62,154 bases of DNA, filler included, from Hausera hauseri (GCA_046269625.1; 10 parts of 10 records of this genome joined end to end with filler, not necessarily neighbours in it); one strand, 5' to 3'; positions 1 to 13,300 are shown, counted from the whole stretch's first letter. Made by a program: numbers and translations. The notes: generated from the sequence alone by a model not told the origin.

Positions 1-77
1 TCATTATATTTTAAATTAATTTATTAATTTTCCGCTTTCGGCTCACAATAACATACATTAACAGAAATTAAGGAGAT
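1..77 (+). repeat. 77-nt exact direct repeat of 9314-9390 (assembly loop signature)
   Basis: TCATTATATT...AAGGAGAT is identical at both ends of contig 1. The length equals a common de Bruijn k of 77. Confidence 0.9.
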
Positions 78-3000
78 ACCCATTAAGGGTTAAACAATAT
101 TAAAAGAGAAAGACATTTATATATTCAAAGGTTTATTACTAATCACAAAATATACACATTGTCACAGTGAAAATCATCTGAATTTGTATAATTTTGGATC
201 AAAAATTGAGGATCACGAATGTCAATGTGAATATTGTTAATGTAAGTATCGCTCGTGCTCAGATTAAGAAATTTATTATCAATTCAATTCGATTTTCAAA
301 TTCGGTCTTCGGTAGTTTTGTTTTCGGTCTGATTCTGTGTTTTCTATATGTTTTCGAATTTTTGGTTATCAGTACATTTTTCTGTCGATTTTTGACTGAG
401 AAATACAATTTCCTATGTTGTTTTAACTAAGAAACCCTAACAATATTGACTTTTATTTACTACTGTTTATTCTTTCTTGCTTTATTTACAAATAAAACAG
501 GACTCGGTTTGACCGTGTGCCAGGTCCTCTTACGAAGTATTTAACGGTTACTTAGTTAGTTACTTACTTAAGAAATACTGCGTTAACATAAAAATTAACG
601 ACGTCTAAAGTAAATGATAATATAATCAATACTTACATAAATTAGCCATAAAATGAGACAAAAATAATAGTCAAGTTATAATATCTAATCTTTTACTAAA
701 AATTTTCCAGTATTTATACTAATACAGATTATAACCTTTTATATAAAAGGTAACACCATTGAGCGAAACTGAATCAAAAAATTGAATCAACTGTTAAGCA
801 AATGTTGCCGAAATGTTTTTGTCTATCAGACGGCTGACGGCATATTAATAATATAGTCTGCTTTTATTATGTTCTTAAAAAGCGTTTTTTATTATCTGAG
901 AGACAATAATATAAGTGTTCTTATTATCCAATGAGAGACAATATCTGAGATGAAAGTGTTTTTATTATCTGATGAGAGACAATATTTGAGACACAATAGT
1001 ACAATAGTCAATAATATTAGTCTTTGTAGTCAATTTGTACGCTACTTACTTTAATTTCAATCTGACACATTTAAGAAAAACAGTTTCATTCAGCAAGATT
1101 TCCAACAGGAGGTTGTGATTAGTAAAAATTAATTAATAAAACTTGACAATTAATATATGTAACCAAGAATCAATACAATTTTCCACGGATATTTACTATT
1201 TCACATAATTTCCATGTAATATATGCCAGTAGGGTACAAAAGAGCATCCCGCCTCAAACACCCGGTGGGGGATCACCTACGCATCATGTGGTGTAGGTTA
1301 CGTGCCACACGTATTTTCCTCTACAAACAACCTTTATAGTGAAAAATAAACGTACTAATTAAAACACTAATAATAAAGCAATATTTACTCGTAACTGAAG
1401 ATAACCAGTTAATGAGAAAAAAAAACATTTGTACAACTTTTCTCCATTCCATTGTTTGTACAACTATTTTCTTATATTTAAACATTCGCATTTAAGCATT
1501 TTAATTAGTTCATTTTGTTACCATTGAAAAGGCATGATTATTAGATTTATTTATTCACTTTTCTCGAATTACGAGGTATTCAAACCACTCGTATATTTAT
1601 ATGTTTGACATCATTTAAATCATTTGAAATTATTTGAATTCATTAATGAAACATAACATTTTTTAAGAAATCGCTTTAAATTTACTTTTAATTTACTTTA
1701 ATATTTTCAACCGTTTATGGGATTTATCATCTACTTACTGATCAAGTATTCCAATACTGACCTATGTATTTTTGTGAAAATATAGCAAAAACACAGTTTT
1801 CTACTTAGTATTGCGACAATTTTTTCATATACTATCACGAACAAAATTCTGCGAAGTTTTCCGAGTATCACTCCTCATAGAAACCTTTGAGGTAAATCAA
1901 ACAGATATACTTCATTTTTAATTAATCCAATTAGAAATCGAGTTACCTACGAGCGAATTACAAGCGAAGAATTAAACTAGTGAACTCATTGAAATTTAGC
2001 CTTTGCCGAACAAGTAGAATATTTCCTAATAATTGCAATACTGTGTACTGAAATAGAGATGAACACCATCCAAACCGGATCAAACGGACCCTCACGAGGA
2101 ATGATGGAGGAACAAGGAGGTACAGGTATTAACCTATTTTAATTATGATAAAGTAAGTAATAAAATATCGTTCTGTTAATCGTCCTATTATTTTAAATTG
2201 ATAATAAGAACATAAATTTTTAGTAGTGTTTCTTTTGCAATTAATGATAATCGTCGTTGCCATTTCTATATATTGATGTTTCGAAATAAATATTTATTAC
2301 TGCAAATCAATGATAGAATTTTGATGTAAGAGATAAAAATTTCCATTAATTATTTTGACAAATGAGACCTTAATGATTATGGTAAAATTAAATTAAATTA
2401 ATTGATCGACTAGTGGCACTTTCATCTGCGAATAAAAGTTTAAAGGTCCGCACTGCAGCCAAAATCAAGCAAGATCTATTAAAACCACTAGAGAAGACAG
2501 GTACCGGCTAACACGAATGTTGGCAAACCACCGATCGAACTCACCCTAGAAATGCATGATAAAATATAATGCCGATTAATAAAATGTTACAGACTCAAAA
2601 CTGAAATAAAAATGCTTTAAAAATGCTGCAGGTGTTTAACAAAATAAAACAAGAAGTCTTTTAAATGTATATACAAGGTTTATTACTTACACACAGATAT
2701 TTACAATGTCGAATGTTCATTAATTGGATCGAATGTGCAATAGTGAAATTCACAATATAGAATTGTCATAAATTAAATGTGTTTGTCAATGTCAATTTTT
2801 GTTGTTTCGGGTAATCTCTAGAACTGTAGTTCGATTTCTGATTCGGTTTGGTTTTGAATTGAATTGGAATTTCGTATTAGTATTTCGTTATTTGGGTTTT
2901 GATATTGTTAGCCGCGGGAGCGTCCACGCCGCCCACCTCGTCGCCCAGCTTGGGTTGGGTTGAAAAATTTGATCGTTTCTAATTACTCATTGAAAAGTTA

Positions 3001-3212
3001 ACACCAGTTGTTGAAAATTTTATTATCTTAAAATACTCATTTCAAAACAAATTTACTGAAATTCCCTATTTAAATCAAACTTAATATTACATTTTTAAAT
3101 TAAATTCGTGGTTGGTTTCTTTACAATTGAAATTTTCTTTTAATTTAAATTCAGAATTTCGGATGTTGTTTATATCTTCACAGATATTTCGAGGGTTATT
3201 GATTAACGAACC

Positions 3213-4013
3213 CTAACACTCCACATTGAGAAACGGTTTCTTGTGGAGTATCTGTGCTTGCAGGCCTGCCTTCACTAATCTCTGGCGAATTGTTCGGTTC
3301 GATATTACCACCCCGGTGTCAATCAGCGACTTCTTGATGTTAACAGCAGTGGACTTGCGGTTCCGTAGTGCTAGTCTTACAATTCGACGACGAGAATCCG
3401 GACTTGTTGCATTCTTCCTGACTCTTCCCTTCTTGTATTTTACCTCCTTTCTTGCCACGAACCGCTTGCATAACTTGAGAACTCCTGCCGGCGACATCCA
3501 TTGCCCAATCTTTGCATCAATTTCACGATAACTGTATCTCTAATTTCGTAGTGTAATGGTAGTCGCTGTCTTCCTATGTGACCAGTCAAGCTTCTTTGTT
3601 GTTTCCGTAGCTGGATTATCTTTTTTGATATTTTAATGAAATTTTTATAATTTAAAAATAAAAAATTGGTTAATCAAAGAAGTAGCAAATATTTTAAGGA
3701 AAAACAAAGATTTCTTGTAATGAATAAACAAATTTTGATAAATAAATCTATTAAAACAGTATTATTACAAAGTCATAAAGTAAGACTGCATACCTATATT
3801 TTGTTGTCAGGAACTGAAAGATATTTAAATCAAATCAAATTGTATCAAAAAATTTTCAAATTCACAGAAAAATGTTGGCAAACAACCAAAGACTATATAC
3901 GCAGCACATGTTTAATATTTAAATAAGTAACCATTGAGAAAGTTGAATAAACAGTGACAAAATACGAGAGTGGCAAAATTTGGCAGTGTTTCCACAATTT
4001 TAGCGGCTAATGT
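3213..4013 (-). mobile_element. Tc1-like transposon 5' remnant (HTH region) with candidate TIR near 3986-4013
   Basis: ORF 3213-3497 ...RRIVRLALRNRKSTAVNIKKSLIDTGVVISNRTIRQRLVKAGL..KKPFL is the typical second Tc1 HTH. No DDE domain is seen. Confidence 0.75.
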
Positions 4014-4495
4014 ATAAATATGAAAAATTAATGAACTTAACAAAGTTTAGAGGGACGGTTTCTGTATAAGATCAGTTATATTAAACTACTGTGTAAAACA
4101 TTGTGAACGCGATAAAGTTACAATTTTATGAGGATGTTTTCGATAAAATAAGACCACAAAATGATCTTCTTGTGCTGTGTTCTTGTGTTATTGTTTACTC
4201 TGTGGAGTTAGCTGCAAGAATTTTTATAAATTTCATCGTAAATTTCAATTATTTTCTTAAAAGCATATATTGCTGTCATATATAAAAATTTGTAGTGCTA
4301 ATATATGTATTTTTTATAGCAATATAACCTAAATTTAATGTGTAATATGAAATTTGTAGTGTTTCTAAACTGGTAAGCGTGGCCTTTGATCCCTCTAATT
4401 GTTTTTATATACATATATTGTTTTTGTATTGCCTTATGCTTAAAAATGTGATTTTTTGCTGATTTTTTTGAAATTTATTGTTTTCGAAATTTGAC

Positions 4496-4990
4496 ATGCC
4501 GTCAAGAAATAGGAAAGACATTTCCTTGGATTTAAAGCAAACCATTGTGAGGCTGTACAAGTCTAAGATGTCATATCGTTGGATTAAGGCACTTACTGGT
4601 ATTTCAGTTGGAGCTGTCTTGTCAATTATTAAGATGAGTAACTTCTGATTTTATGGGGTTTGGAGTAACACTTTTGTAATTATAAAATTTTTCTTTATAT
4701 TTTTCAATGCTTTATTAGTTTTTCAAGAACTATGTATGATTTCTGTTTCAGAAAAAGAAATTTGGTTCAACATTGGAGTCAAAGCGTCTGAATTGTGGAC
4801 AAAAAAGGAGTTATCGCAACTAGATCTACAAAGGATTGAATTGAGTGTTCGGCGCTCATCTACAAAGTCGAGAAAAATGGTGTAACAAGAGCTGAGATCA
4901 AGTGGAATAAATGTTGCTGCCAGTATATCATTAGTATTGGTTTAAAATCGTGCATTGCGCCGCCCCTGGACCTTGTACAAAAAAGCCTCT
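4496..4990 (+). mobile_element. Tc1-like transposase N-terminal remnant with a probable intron (about 4638-4751)
   Basis: MPSRNRKDISLDLKQTIVRLYKSKMSYRWIKALTGISVGAVLSIIK, then gtaact...tttcag, then KKKFGSTLESKRLNCG..LSQLDLQRIELSVRR. Stops and frameshifts follow. Confidence 0.65.
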
Positions 4991-5247
4991 CATCAAATCC
5001 TTTTACATACTTGTAAAATGAAGACCGTTCATGCAATTGATATGAAAATGTTGAAGATTTTCATAACATCCATTTATTAGGTGTAATATTATTTCAAAGT
5101 GACAAACAGATTTAATTGCATAACCGGACTGCTTTCAAATTGAACCATATATCCGGAAGAAATTAACAAATAAATTAACTGATCATTGGAAAGAATGTCT
5201 AACATATTCATGTACATTCTAATGTATGATGATAAAAATTTACTGGC

Positions 5248-6118
5248 ATGCGGGACCTGATATATCACGAAACAATCAACCCTAAACGAGACGTCACTGC
5301 CAAGCAACTTAATGATAACACTTGTCCACAGAGGTCCAGAGAGAAGGCCACAATCATGCTGAAAATCTATAGATCAATTTCAGAATATCAAAGAAATGTT
5401 GACAATATTGAATCGTCATCACCAATGGATACCCAACAGTCTCCAGAAATGTCTGCGCCTGTCCAGACGTCCACACCTATCCAAACGTCTTACACATCTG
5501 ATAATCAAATTACAGCGCCCACTCAAATGCCTTCCACATCTAATAGTCAAGTGATGAAAGAATGTTCGTGAAATTGACACCAATATCTCAGTCATACGAA
5601 AATTCAACCCACCTATCGTTTTTGCAAACAGTTCCAATGACTCCTTACAGAACATTATTGATTTGACAAAAAATTGTCTCAATCAAAAAGACAATCAACC
5701 TTAAGAGATATATCAAAGACAAAGATCAGTGGTTGAATATCGATTCTCTCAGCTACAAACGCTTCGATGGATTCCTCAACACTTTCCCTCTGAAACGGAA
5801 GACGGCTTCATATAAGGAGGGAGATGTTAAATCAAATAACAAATGATAATTCTCAGACAGCGTACGGTCTTAATGATCAAACAACGTACGTTAATTCCAC
5901 ATGATTACAAATGAATTAATGTAAATAAACATATGGCAAATCTTGATTAAACTGAATAAATTTTATTCCATTGACATATAACGATTATTTTTCTTTGGTC
6001 TGTGAAAATAGAGTAATCTTCATGTATATTTAATATTAATGATTTGTAATTCTACTGTATTTTTATTAAATCTTTCTCACAATTCTAGTATAAATATTAG
6101 ATTTATTCTTTGTCAACA
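5248..6118 (+). mobile_element. 3' end of an LTR retrotransposon: S/T/Q-rich ORF remnant, PPT (5814-5824), candidate LTR 5825-6118
   Basis: AAGGAGGGAGA is immediately followed by TGTT. The segment ends ...CAACA at 6118 and contains AATAAA. Confidence 0.5.
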
Positions 6119-6992
6119 TACAACTTTTGAAATTTGCAAATTGAATTACAAATTGAATTACTACATTTAATATGTCAATCTCAGTTACGCTCTTAGTATA
6201 ATAATTAAGATATTATAAATATCAGGCCCACCTTTGATATAGCGTCGTCCAAAGAAGCGTGTATATAATCTTGATAAACAAGGGAGAGTCGGCTAGTGTA
6301 TCTCCTGGTGTCAGACTCACACATTAAGTCCAAATCAGCCGTAGCAACCCATACGTTGCTAAATAATTAACTGTAGCCTAGGTTTTAAGGTCGAAGGACC
6401 CAATACTATTTATAAACTTCAAAACGTAACAAAATATTAAACAGCAATTTAATGATTCAAAAAATTTCGGATCTTAGGACTTCAAAGTCTTATTATATAT
6501 ACAAAGTTCAAACACTGTGTACGGATATTTCACATTTAAAGCACGTTTTTTCAAAATATGCCTCTCAAAATTTCGTGTACCGACCATAAATAATTTTATA
6601 ATTACAGATAAATACGTACCTTACAACACTTCGTTACCTTCAAATCAATCGATATTTCACTTGTTAATTTAAAAATAATGTTACTTTTCGGAAATATCAA
6701 CATTCAAAACCAACCAATTTAAATTATGGTCTCCGAATAAAATTTCATTCTTATTCGGTGACTATATTAGTTGCTGCATGTTTAGATTTGATACAAAATT
6801 ACCATTAAGTTTAATTTTAATTGATTATGAAATTTAATTACTAAAAATTGTATAATATGAATAAAAGAATGGGCATGAATAAGTGTGCTGAAAAACATTG
6901 TAACCAATATAAATTAAAATAAAAATATTTTCTTTAATATGCACGATCATTTGACATACAATTTAATTTTAAGGCATTCAATTTAAATAAAA

Positions 6993-8552
6993 ATGTTGGA
7001 AGATTTCGTTGAAGATTTAGACTCTATTCAAAATTCAGTCATAAATTCAGCACAAATTGATGAGATCAACATAGAATGCATTTCAGATAGTTGTGAAAAA
7101 AATGTTACACAAACAACTAAACTAGAAATTTTGTTCAGTTGTGCAGGAAAATTTACTTGTACGTTATGTATGTCATTTTCCACTGAAAATGTAAAGTCCT
7201 TTCAAAGTCATTTGAACAAATCTCACAAATTTGTAAAGCATGCCAACTGTCTTTACTGTTGCAATAATATTGGACTTTCGAACCTCGCGCGACATATTGA
7301 AAATCATTTTGAATTAGAATCTCGATGTCAAGAATTTTGCGCTAAGTGTCGAAAATGGATTAAAGTACAAGAACCAGAATGCCTTTTACAGCACATGACG
7401 GAAAATCATGACAGTCAAATTCAATGTCCTGTTTGTTTGGCAGAATTTGCAGAAATTGCAGATCTTTACTGTCATGTCAGTTTTAATCTTTGGACATTGT
7501 ATCATTGTTGCAATGTTGGATGTCGTGTTAAGACTCATGACGAGGAGAAATTTACTGAGCACATGAAATTAGAAGGTCATGATAGTAGTTTATTTTGTAC
7601 CGAACGGTACTTGACGTGTTTAAATAAAGAATATAATGAAAATTGTTGTTTCGTTAAAACAACAAAGAATATGAATTATCAATTATTGGCGGACGAAAAT
7701 GTGGAAAAATTACACGAAACGATAAATTCAATTGATGAAGCAATCAAATCGGTTATGGATAATCTGTTTATTTATTCTTTGAAATATTCAAAAACTGTGT
7801 TTCAAAAACTATTTTCACACATGAATTTTGAAGACTTCAACATACTTCATGCAAAAATGGAACAGTTTGAATCATTTACATTGAAAATTGAATATATTGA
7901 AAATAAGAAATTTTATGTCTGTGTTTCATGTGGACTAAAGACAACAGGTTCGTCGTCCAACGTAATCAAACATATACTTATATCTCATTGCGACATTTCT
8001 CCGGAAAATGCCAAACAGTGCCTCTATACTGCTCAGTTAGACAGAAATCACAGATTGTGTTCCGATCAAGATATAATTGATAATATTAATTGTGCTAGAT
8101 CCGTCGAAGCTCAGAAAGCAGGATTGGAACCACTACTACTTGAACAGAAAGACTTTAAAAATAAAATATTTAAAAGAAAGCTAAACAATGTATTAGACAA
8201 AGAGCCACCAGAAAAGAAAACCAAAAAAGAAGTAATTCAATTGTGCTATTCAGACGAAGCATTAATTAAAATATGTGAAACGGAATGTCTTGAAATGGAT
8301 AAAATTGAAACATTACGAAATCAAATGAAAATATTTGCAACTTATTCTGGTCGGATTATAACAGAAGGAAAATCAAAGTTAATTCAATGTTCAGGATGCG
8401 AAGAAATAAATTTGAAATATTGTAAAGATTTGGTGAATCATGTTTTACAAATTCATGTAAGGATTGAACCCTGTTTAAGGTCGTATGCCAAAGCATGTAG
8501 CAAACTTGATAAAAATTATGATTTATTACCAGAAAATGAATTGCATATTTGA
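6993..8552 (+). CDS. Intronless multi-C2H2-type zinc-finger protein, 519 aa
   Basis: Long uninterrupted ORF in AT-rich DNA with repeated CxxC..H..H units, e.g. CTLC..HLNKSH, CAKC..HMTENH, CVSC..HILISH, CSGC..HVLQIH. Confidence 0.8.
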   Translation: MLEDFVEDLDSIQNSVINSAQIDEINIECISDSCEKNVTQTTKLEILFSCAGKFTCTLCMSFSTENVKSFQSHLNKSHKFVKHANCLYCCNNIGLSNLARHIENHFELESRCQEFCAKCRKWIKVQEPECLLQHMTENHDSQIQCPVCLAEFAEIADLYCHVSFNLWTLYHCCNVGCRVKTHDEEKFTEHMKLEGHDSSLFCTERYLTCLNKEYNENCCFVKTTKNMNYQLLADENVEKLHETINSIDEAIKSVMDNLFIYSLKYSKTVFQKLFSHMNFEDFNILHAKMEQFESFTLKIEYIENKKFYVCVSCGLKTTGSSSNVIKHILISHCDISPENAKQCLYTAQLDRNHRLCSDQDIIDNINCARSVEAQKAGLEPLLLEQKDFKNKIFKRKLNNVLDKEPPEKKTKKEVIQLCYSDEALIKICETECLEMDKIETLRNQMKIFATYSGRIITEGKSKLIQCSGCEEINLKYCKDLVNHVLQIHVRIEPCLRSYAKACSKLDKNYDLLPENELHI

Positions 8553-9390
8553 TAGATTTCAACGTTTTATTTATTAGAAATACATATGTATTGTTATAAT
8601 TCTTTGTTGTATTATTATTTTGAATGTGATAAAATTATACATGATATCACTGGTGTCAATAATTTAAATTCTTGAAAGATTGCCTACACGGAAAATTGTT
8701 CAATGTCCGTTAATTTATGTGGGAGAGGTTAATTATTTTTAATCTTTGTAGATCTCATAAATCAACGAGTGAAGTAAATTAGCGTTGAGATAGTGTTATG
8801 AATAGAGAGAGATATGAGTGGCAAACTTTACCTATCTATTTTATAGGTAATGTGTTGCGCTTGTGCAACATTATCCGGCGTGTTCTAGTGGTAGTTGGGT
8901 GACACATAATGGTCACGTGCACCTAATTAATTCATTTGGACCTCCTTCATTTTACTCTTGTCGCAAACGTTTACTCAATAATATTCTTATTAGGTCATAT
9001 CCTCATGTGGAATTAGGGTTACTCAAGAATTTCTAAACTTAACTCAAATTGATTTGCGAACACCCCATGTAAAGGTCAAAAATTCAAATTTTAATTTTTA
9101 TAATTTCAAAGGATTATATTTGGATTTTCCAAAATGATTACAACTTTGACCTTTCCCTTTTGTACTAATTAATTACCAAAACTATGCTTGTTTCTTAGCC
9201 ACAAGTTTTCTTTTCCTTTTGTTTTTACTATTAAATTTACCTCTTTTCTCAAAATGGCACTTATTCATTATGTGATGTTTATTACCAATATCTACATATA
9301 TTGCTTTTTTCTTTCATTATATTTTAAATTAATTTATTAATTTTCCGCTTTCGGCTCACAATAACATACATTAACAGAAATTAAGGAGAT

Positions 9391-9490
9391 NNNNNNNNNN
9401 NNNNNNNNNNNNNNNNNNNNNNNNNNNNNNNNNNTTAATTAATTAANNNNNNNNNNNNNNNNNNNNNNNNNNNNNNNNNNNNNNNNNNNN
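9391..9490. other. Artificial contig linker (also at 13831, 18329, 23837, 32686, 38893, 43240, 47876, 54328)
   Basis: Identical N44-TTAATTAATTAA-N44 each time, giving stop codons in all six frames. Confidence 0.98.
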
Positions 9491-9947
9491 AATCCGATCT
9501 GCTGACTGCCACGTTGGAATGTTGGAATCACCTTTGACAAAATCTTCCACAAACCGTATTTGACATGTATTGCCATCCAACGCATAGTAATCCGCCAATT
9601 TCTGATAGGTGCGAAACAACTGACCGAATATCATACATGTCACCAACAACCTGCTTCATGTCGTAGATAAGGTTCTCGTACCCTCCAATTCTCATCAGCA
9701 CGCCGGATTATCTCTTCAGGAGAACAGTATCGTGCATCATGTAAAGGTCGATCAAGATTGTAAAGGTGACTCCGGAGACCGTGGAACGAGTTATATAAAC
9801 GAATGAGTTCTGTTAAATGGGATATGTCGTAATGTCATACCGTAAAGAAGCGCAAGTATTTATACTGAAATGTAACAACAACAAAGACACGTGAAATAAA
9901 TTATATTGATTCACGAAAACAAACAGCAAAATATGATATATTTGTTA

Positions 9948-10220
9948 TTAAATATGGTCAATGAACTTTTTCATTACAATACAAAGCGAAATAGTAAATA
10001 CATGTCCAATGAGGAAATTAATACGTCGTTGTTGTCGTTTTCGTCCCATTTCATCCGCAATACGTTTTACGAAGAGAAATCTGATTATCAAATCAATATA
10101 CTCTCGCCTGCTCATTATTCTTTTTTCTGTGAGCTCACATAAATACTGTACATCAAACACATGTCCGGTCAAAATGGCATCGGTCAATCTCTGAATTTCA
10201 CTTTCAATATACTTTTCCAT
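9948..10220 (-). CDS. Small unknown ORF divergent from the PolB gene, possibly element-encoded
   Basis: 90-aa ATG-initiated ORF head-to-head with the PolB unit. No recognisable motif. Confidence 0.3.
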   Translation of the reverse strand: MEKYIESEIQRLTDAILTGHVFDVQYLCELTEKRIMSRREYIDLIIRFLFVKRIADEMGRKRQQRRINFLIGHVFTISLCIVMKKFIDHI

Positions 10221-10399
10221 TTGATTTAGAGTAGTAGTAGTAATGTTGCTGCACGTTTATAGACGATTTAGACGACGTCTGAGACTGCAGTAAGGGGAAT
10301 AATTTATTGTGTATTGTAGTTAAATTTATTTATTTATAAATAATACATTTTTATTTGTTTTTAGTTTAACATTTACTTTAATTTGTTCATCATTCAGAA

Positions 10400-13300
10400 A
10401 TGTTCGCAATATCTCATGTATTGAGTTTCCCGCATACATGAGGGTGGACAATGCCACAAGTGGCCAAGGATACGTACCTGTTTCCCGTGTGTTGTAATCA
10501 AAGCATATGCCCGGATGCAGACTTTTATCAGATGCATAAGCATCATCTCGGTTCCTATTCGCGGTCGAAGATGATGGTTGTGCATTGCTTCACATCCGTG
10601 TTACTGTAGTAGTAGTAGTAGAGTGCACGACATTGATGGTTGCCATAGTGTAATGGAGCAGTACTATGGTGCCACAGCGGTGCGCGGTAAACGGGCCTAC
10701 GTTTGTCCTGGTTGTTCTATATTTGATGAAATCAACTATGAACAATTCTACAGCATTCACAAGGACCATTTGAACCGGTTTCAGAGGTTCAAAAAGGAAA
10801 TATTAATGGACGCAGCAAGAAGCAGCAGGAAACGTCATGCATCAGCAAGCCTTGACGAACACTTTCAAAACAACAGAAGTCAGAAACAGCAGCAGCAGCA
10901 GGAACGTGAACCGCCCATTACTAAACAGATTGTACGTGGACATGAAGGTGGACATGTCGGAGAAAACAGCAACGCAATTGAAGGATGTACCCGCTAATGT
11001 GCGTAACCGGTTGGAATCAGAGGTGGCTAAATTCCAACAACACCACTGCAAAGTGTAATATTACTCACTTGCAGAATTTGAAAATCTGCAGGGTGACAGG
11101 AAACAATGATCTCTGTTACATCGAGCCGTACCATACTCTGAGGATGTTATTGCCGAGGTAGGCGAAAAGCTTTACGAAAAAATCGCCAACTATACCGAAA
11201 AGGGCAGTGGTTGACGAATTGTAAAGATTGTAACTCAGCTTTATTCTGACCAAGGCGAGTGATATGATCTACCTGTCTGGACGTTCATACTGACACCTGC
11301 ATCCTTGAAGCAGTCTCTGGCGGTAATGAATATACAAAATACTAACGACGATTACTGGTTTATTTACAGCATTCTGGCAATATTGAAATATATTCAAGTG
11401 TCCAGACATCATGCAATATGTCCAACGCAGTACAATAAGTATATCTCAGAATTGGACTACGACGAATGTTGGATGTCGATGAAACTCAAAACCATTCCGG
11501 CTTTTGGATAGCATAATCCGACACTAGAAGTCAACGTGTTCCGGTACAACACAATTGTAGAAATGCCAGCAGATGAAGAGAATCAAAAACCCACTTGTGG
11601 ATATAATTTATCGCAGTGGGAACCCGAATGGACACGCAGTAAATTTGTTGCTGTTGGAGCAAGCAGATAAATTTCACTTGTGGCAATAACCAATTTGGAC
11701 AGGCTGCTGAACATGGATCACCACCAATTAATCAAAAAGCGTATAAATTGTAAATGGTGCCCCATATATATGCATGGTTTCAGGTCAAAAACGACATGGG
11801 AAAACGTGGCGCTGTGCAGACAAAATTCATCAGGGACAAAAATTTACGTTATACCAGTCAAAAAGGAACTGAAGTTCAATGATTGGTCGAAAACAGACAG
11901 TCCGGCATATGTAGTATATGCCGATATCGAGGCAATCCTACCGCGGCACAACGTATACGACCAAAAGCACTTTCCAATGGCCGTCGGTATGTTGGTTGTT
12001 CCAATAAAAGCCGCCGGACAACTGCAATATTACGTTTTTCATGGCTGGAACTATATACACGATTTCCTGCAACAGTTGGAAACGATAGTGGAAACGGAAA
12101 TCGCACCGTGGTACAGTAACAATAGCACTAAGCCCTTGATATGGACAGACGAATATAAACCGCTGCTTTTCGCTACCACCGATGAATGTTACCTCTGCCA
12201 CAAAATATTGCCTTTTGATGCACAGAAACGGCTCGTACCGGACCATGATCATTTCAGCGGTCGATACCTGGGAGCAGCATGCAACGTATGCAATTTAACA
12301 AGGTGTGTACGGCCATTCCTACCGATGATCTTTCATAATTTCCGAGGTTATGATTGTCACATATACTGAAATGGGCCATCAACGGATTTCCACACTAGGA
12401 ACTGTCCATAATCCCAACAACAATGGAGAAGTACCTGTCACTGTCAGCACGCATAAACCGGTTCCAGGTACTCTTCCTTGATTCATTACAATTTTTCAAT
12501 GAATCATTGGCAAAGCTGGTAAATGCATTGCCAGATGTGCCGAATGCACTGACGCAGTTCCTCGCACATATCGTACGGAGCAAAGGCATATTCCCATATG
12601 ACTTTGCAACATCGTATGAGCGACTCCGGACAGCAGAGGAATTACCGACGCGTTAGACAGGCATCACAGAAGATGAATATCGGAGAGCACAAGAATTTTG
12701 GACAGAACTGGAATGTAGAAACATGTTGGATTACATGCTCCAGTATCTTAAACTGGACGTGTACTTATTAGCTGATGTGTTTCAGGCGTTTCGAACGAAA
12801 GCGTTAGCGGATGATTGCTGGAACCACTCAACTTTTATTCCATACCGGGCAGGAGTTGGGCGTAGCTCTGATGTCACTGGATTGGAATATCGAGCTATTG
12901 CAAGACCCGGAAATGTACCGAATGTTTGATGTTGGTATTCGCGGCGGCATAACATTTGTCAACAAGCACCACGTAACCAGTAATACCACATCACTGTTGT
13001 ATATCGACATTAATAACCTGTACAGCTGGGCGCTTTCACAACCCTTGCCGTACGGTTTATTCGAATGGATAGTCGATAAAGAGGACATGGACACAATACT
13101 GGAAGATCTGTCGTATGCAGACACGACAGCAGCAGAAAGCAGCTCAATCGGATACCTGATGGAGGTCGATCTCGTGGTACCAGATGAGCTTCATGACTTT
13201 CTGGATGAAATGCCGGTCGCACCAATTAGCCCATGTTCGCAGCTTGTATAAAGTTCGAAAAGAACTACTACAAGCTGAAAACAATTCGCTGTACTGAAAA

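Noticed and set aside
890-1000. Hammerhead ribozyme (CTGATGAG near 969)
   Set aside because: It lies in a short degenerate GAGACAAT repeat, and no stem II followed by GAAA can be built.
6306-6316. Fourth Leu PBS (TGGTGTCAGAC) upstream of the zinc-finger ORF
   Set aside because: Only a 10-nt match, without the CA-AAT context, and about 680 nt from the ORF.
9391-9490. TTAATTAATTAA as a biological repeat, and ORFs crossing N runs
   Set aside because: It is an artificial linker, so adjacency between contigs has no biological meaning.
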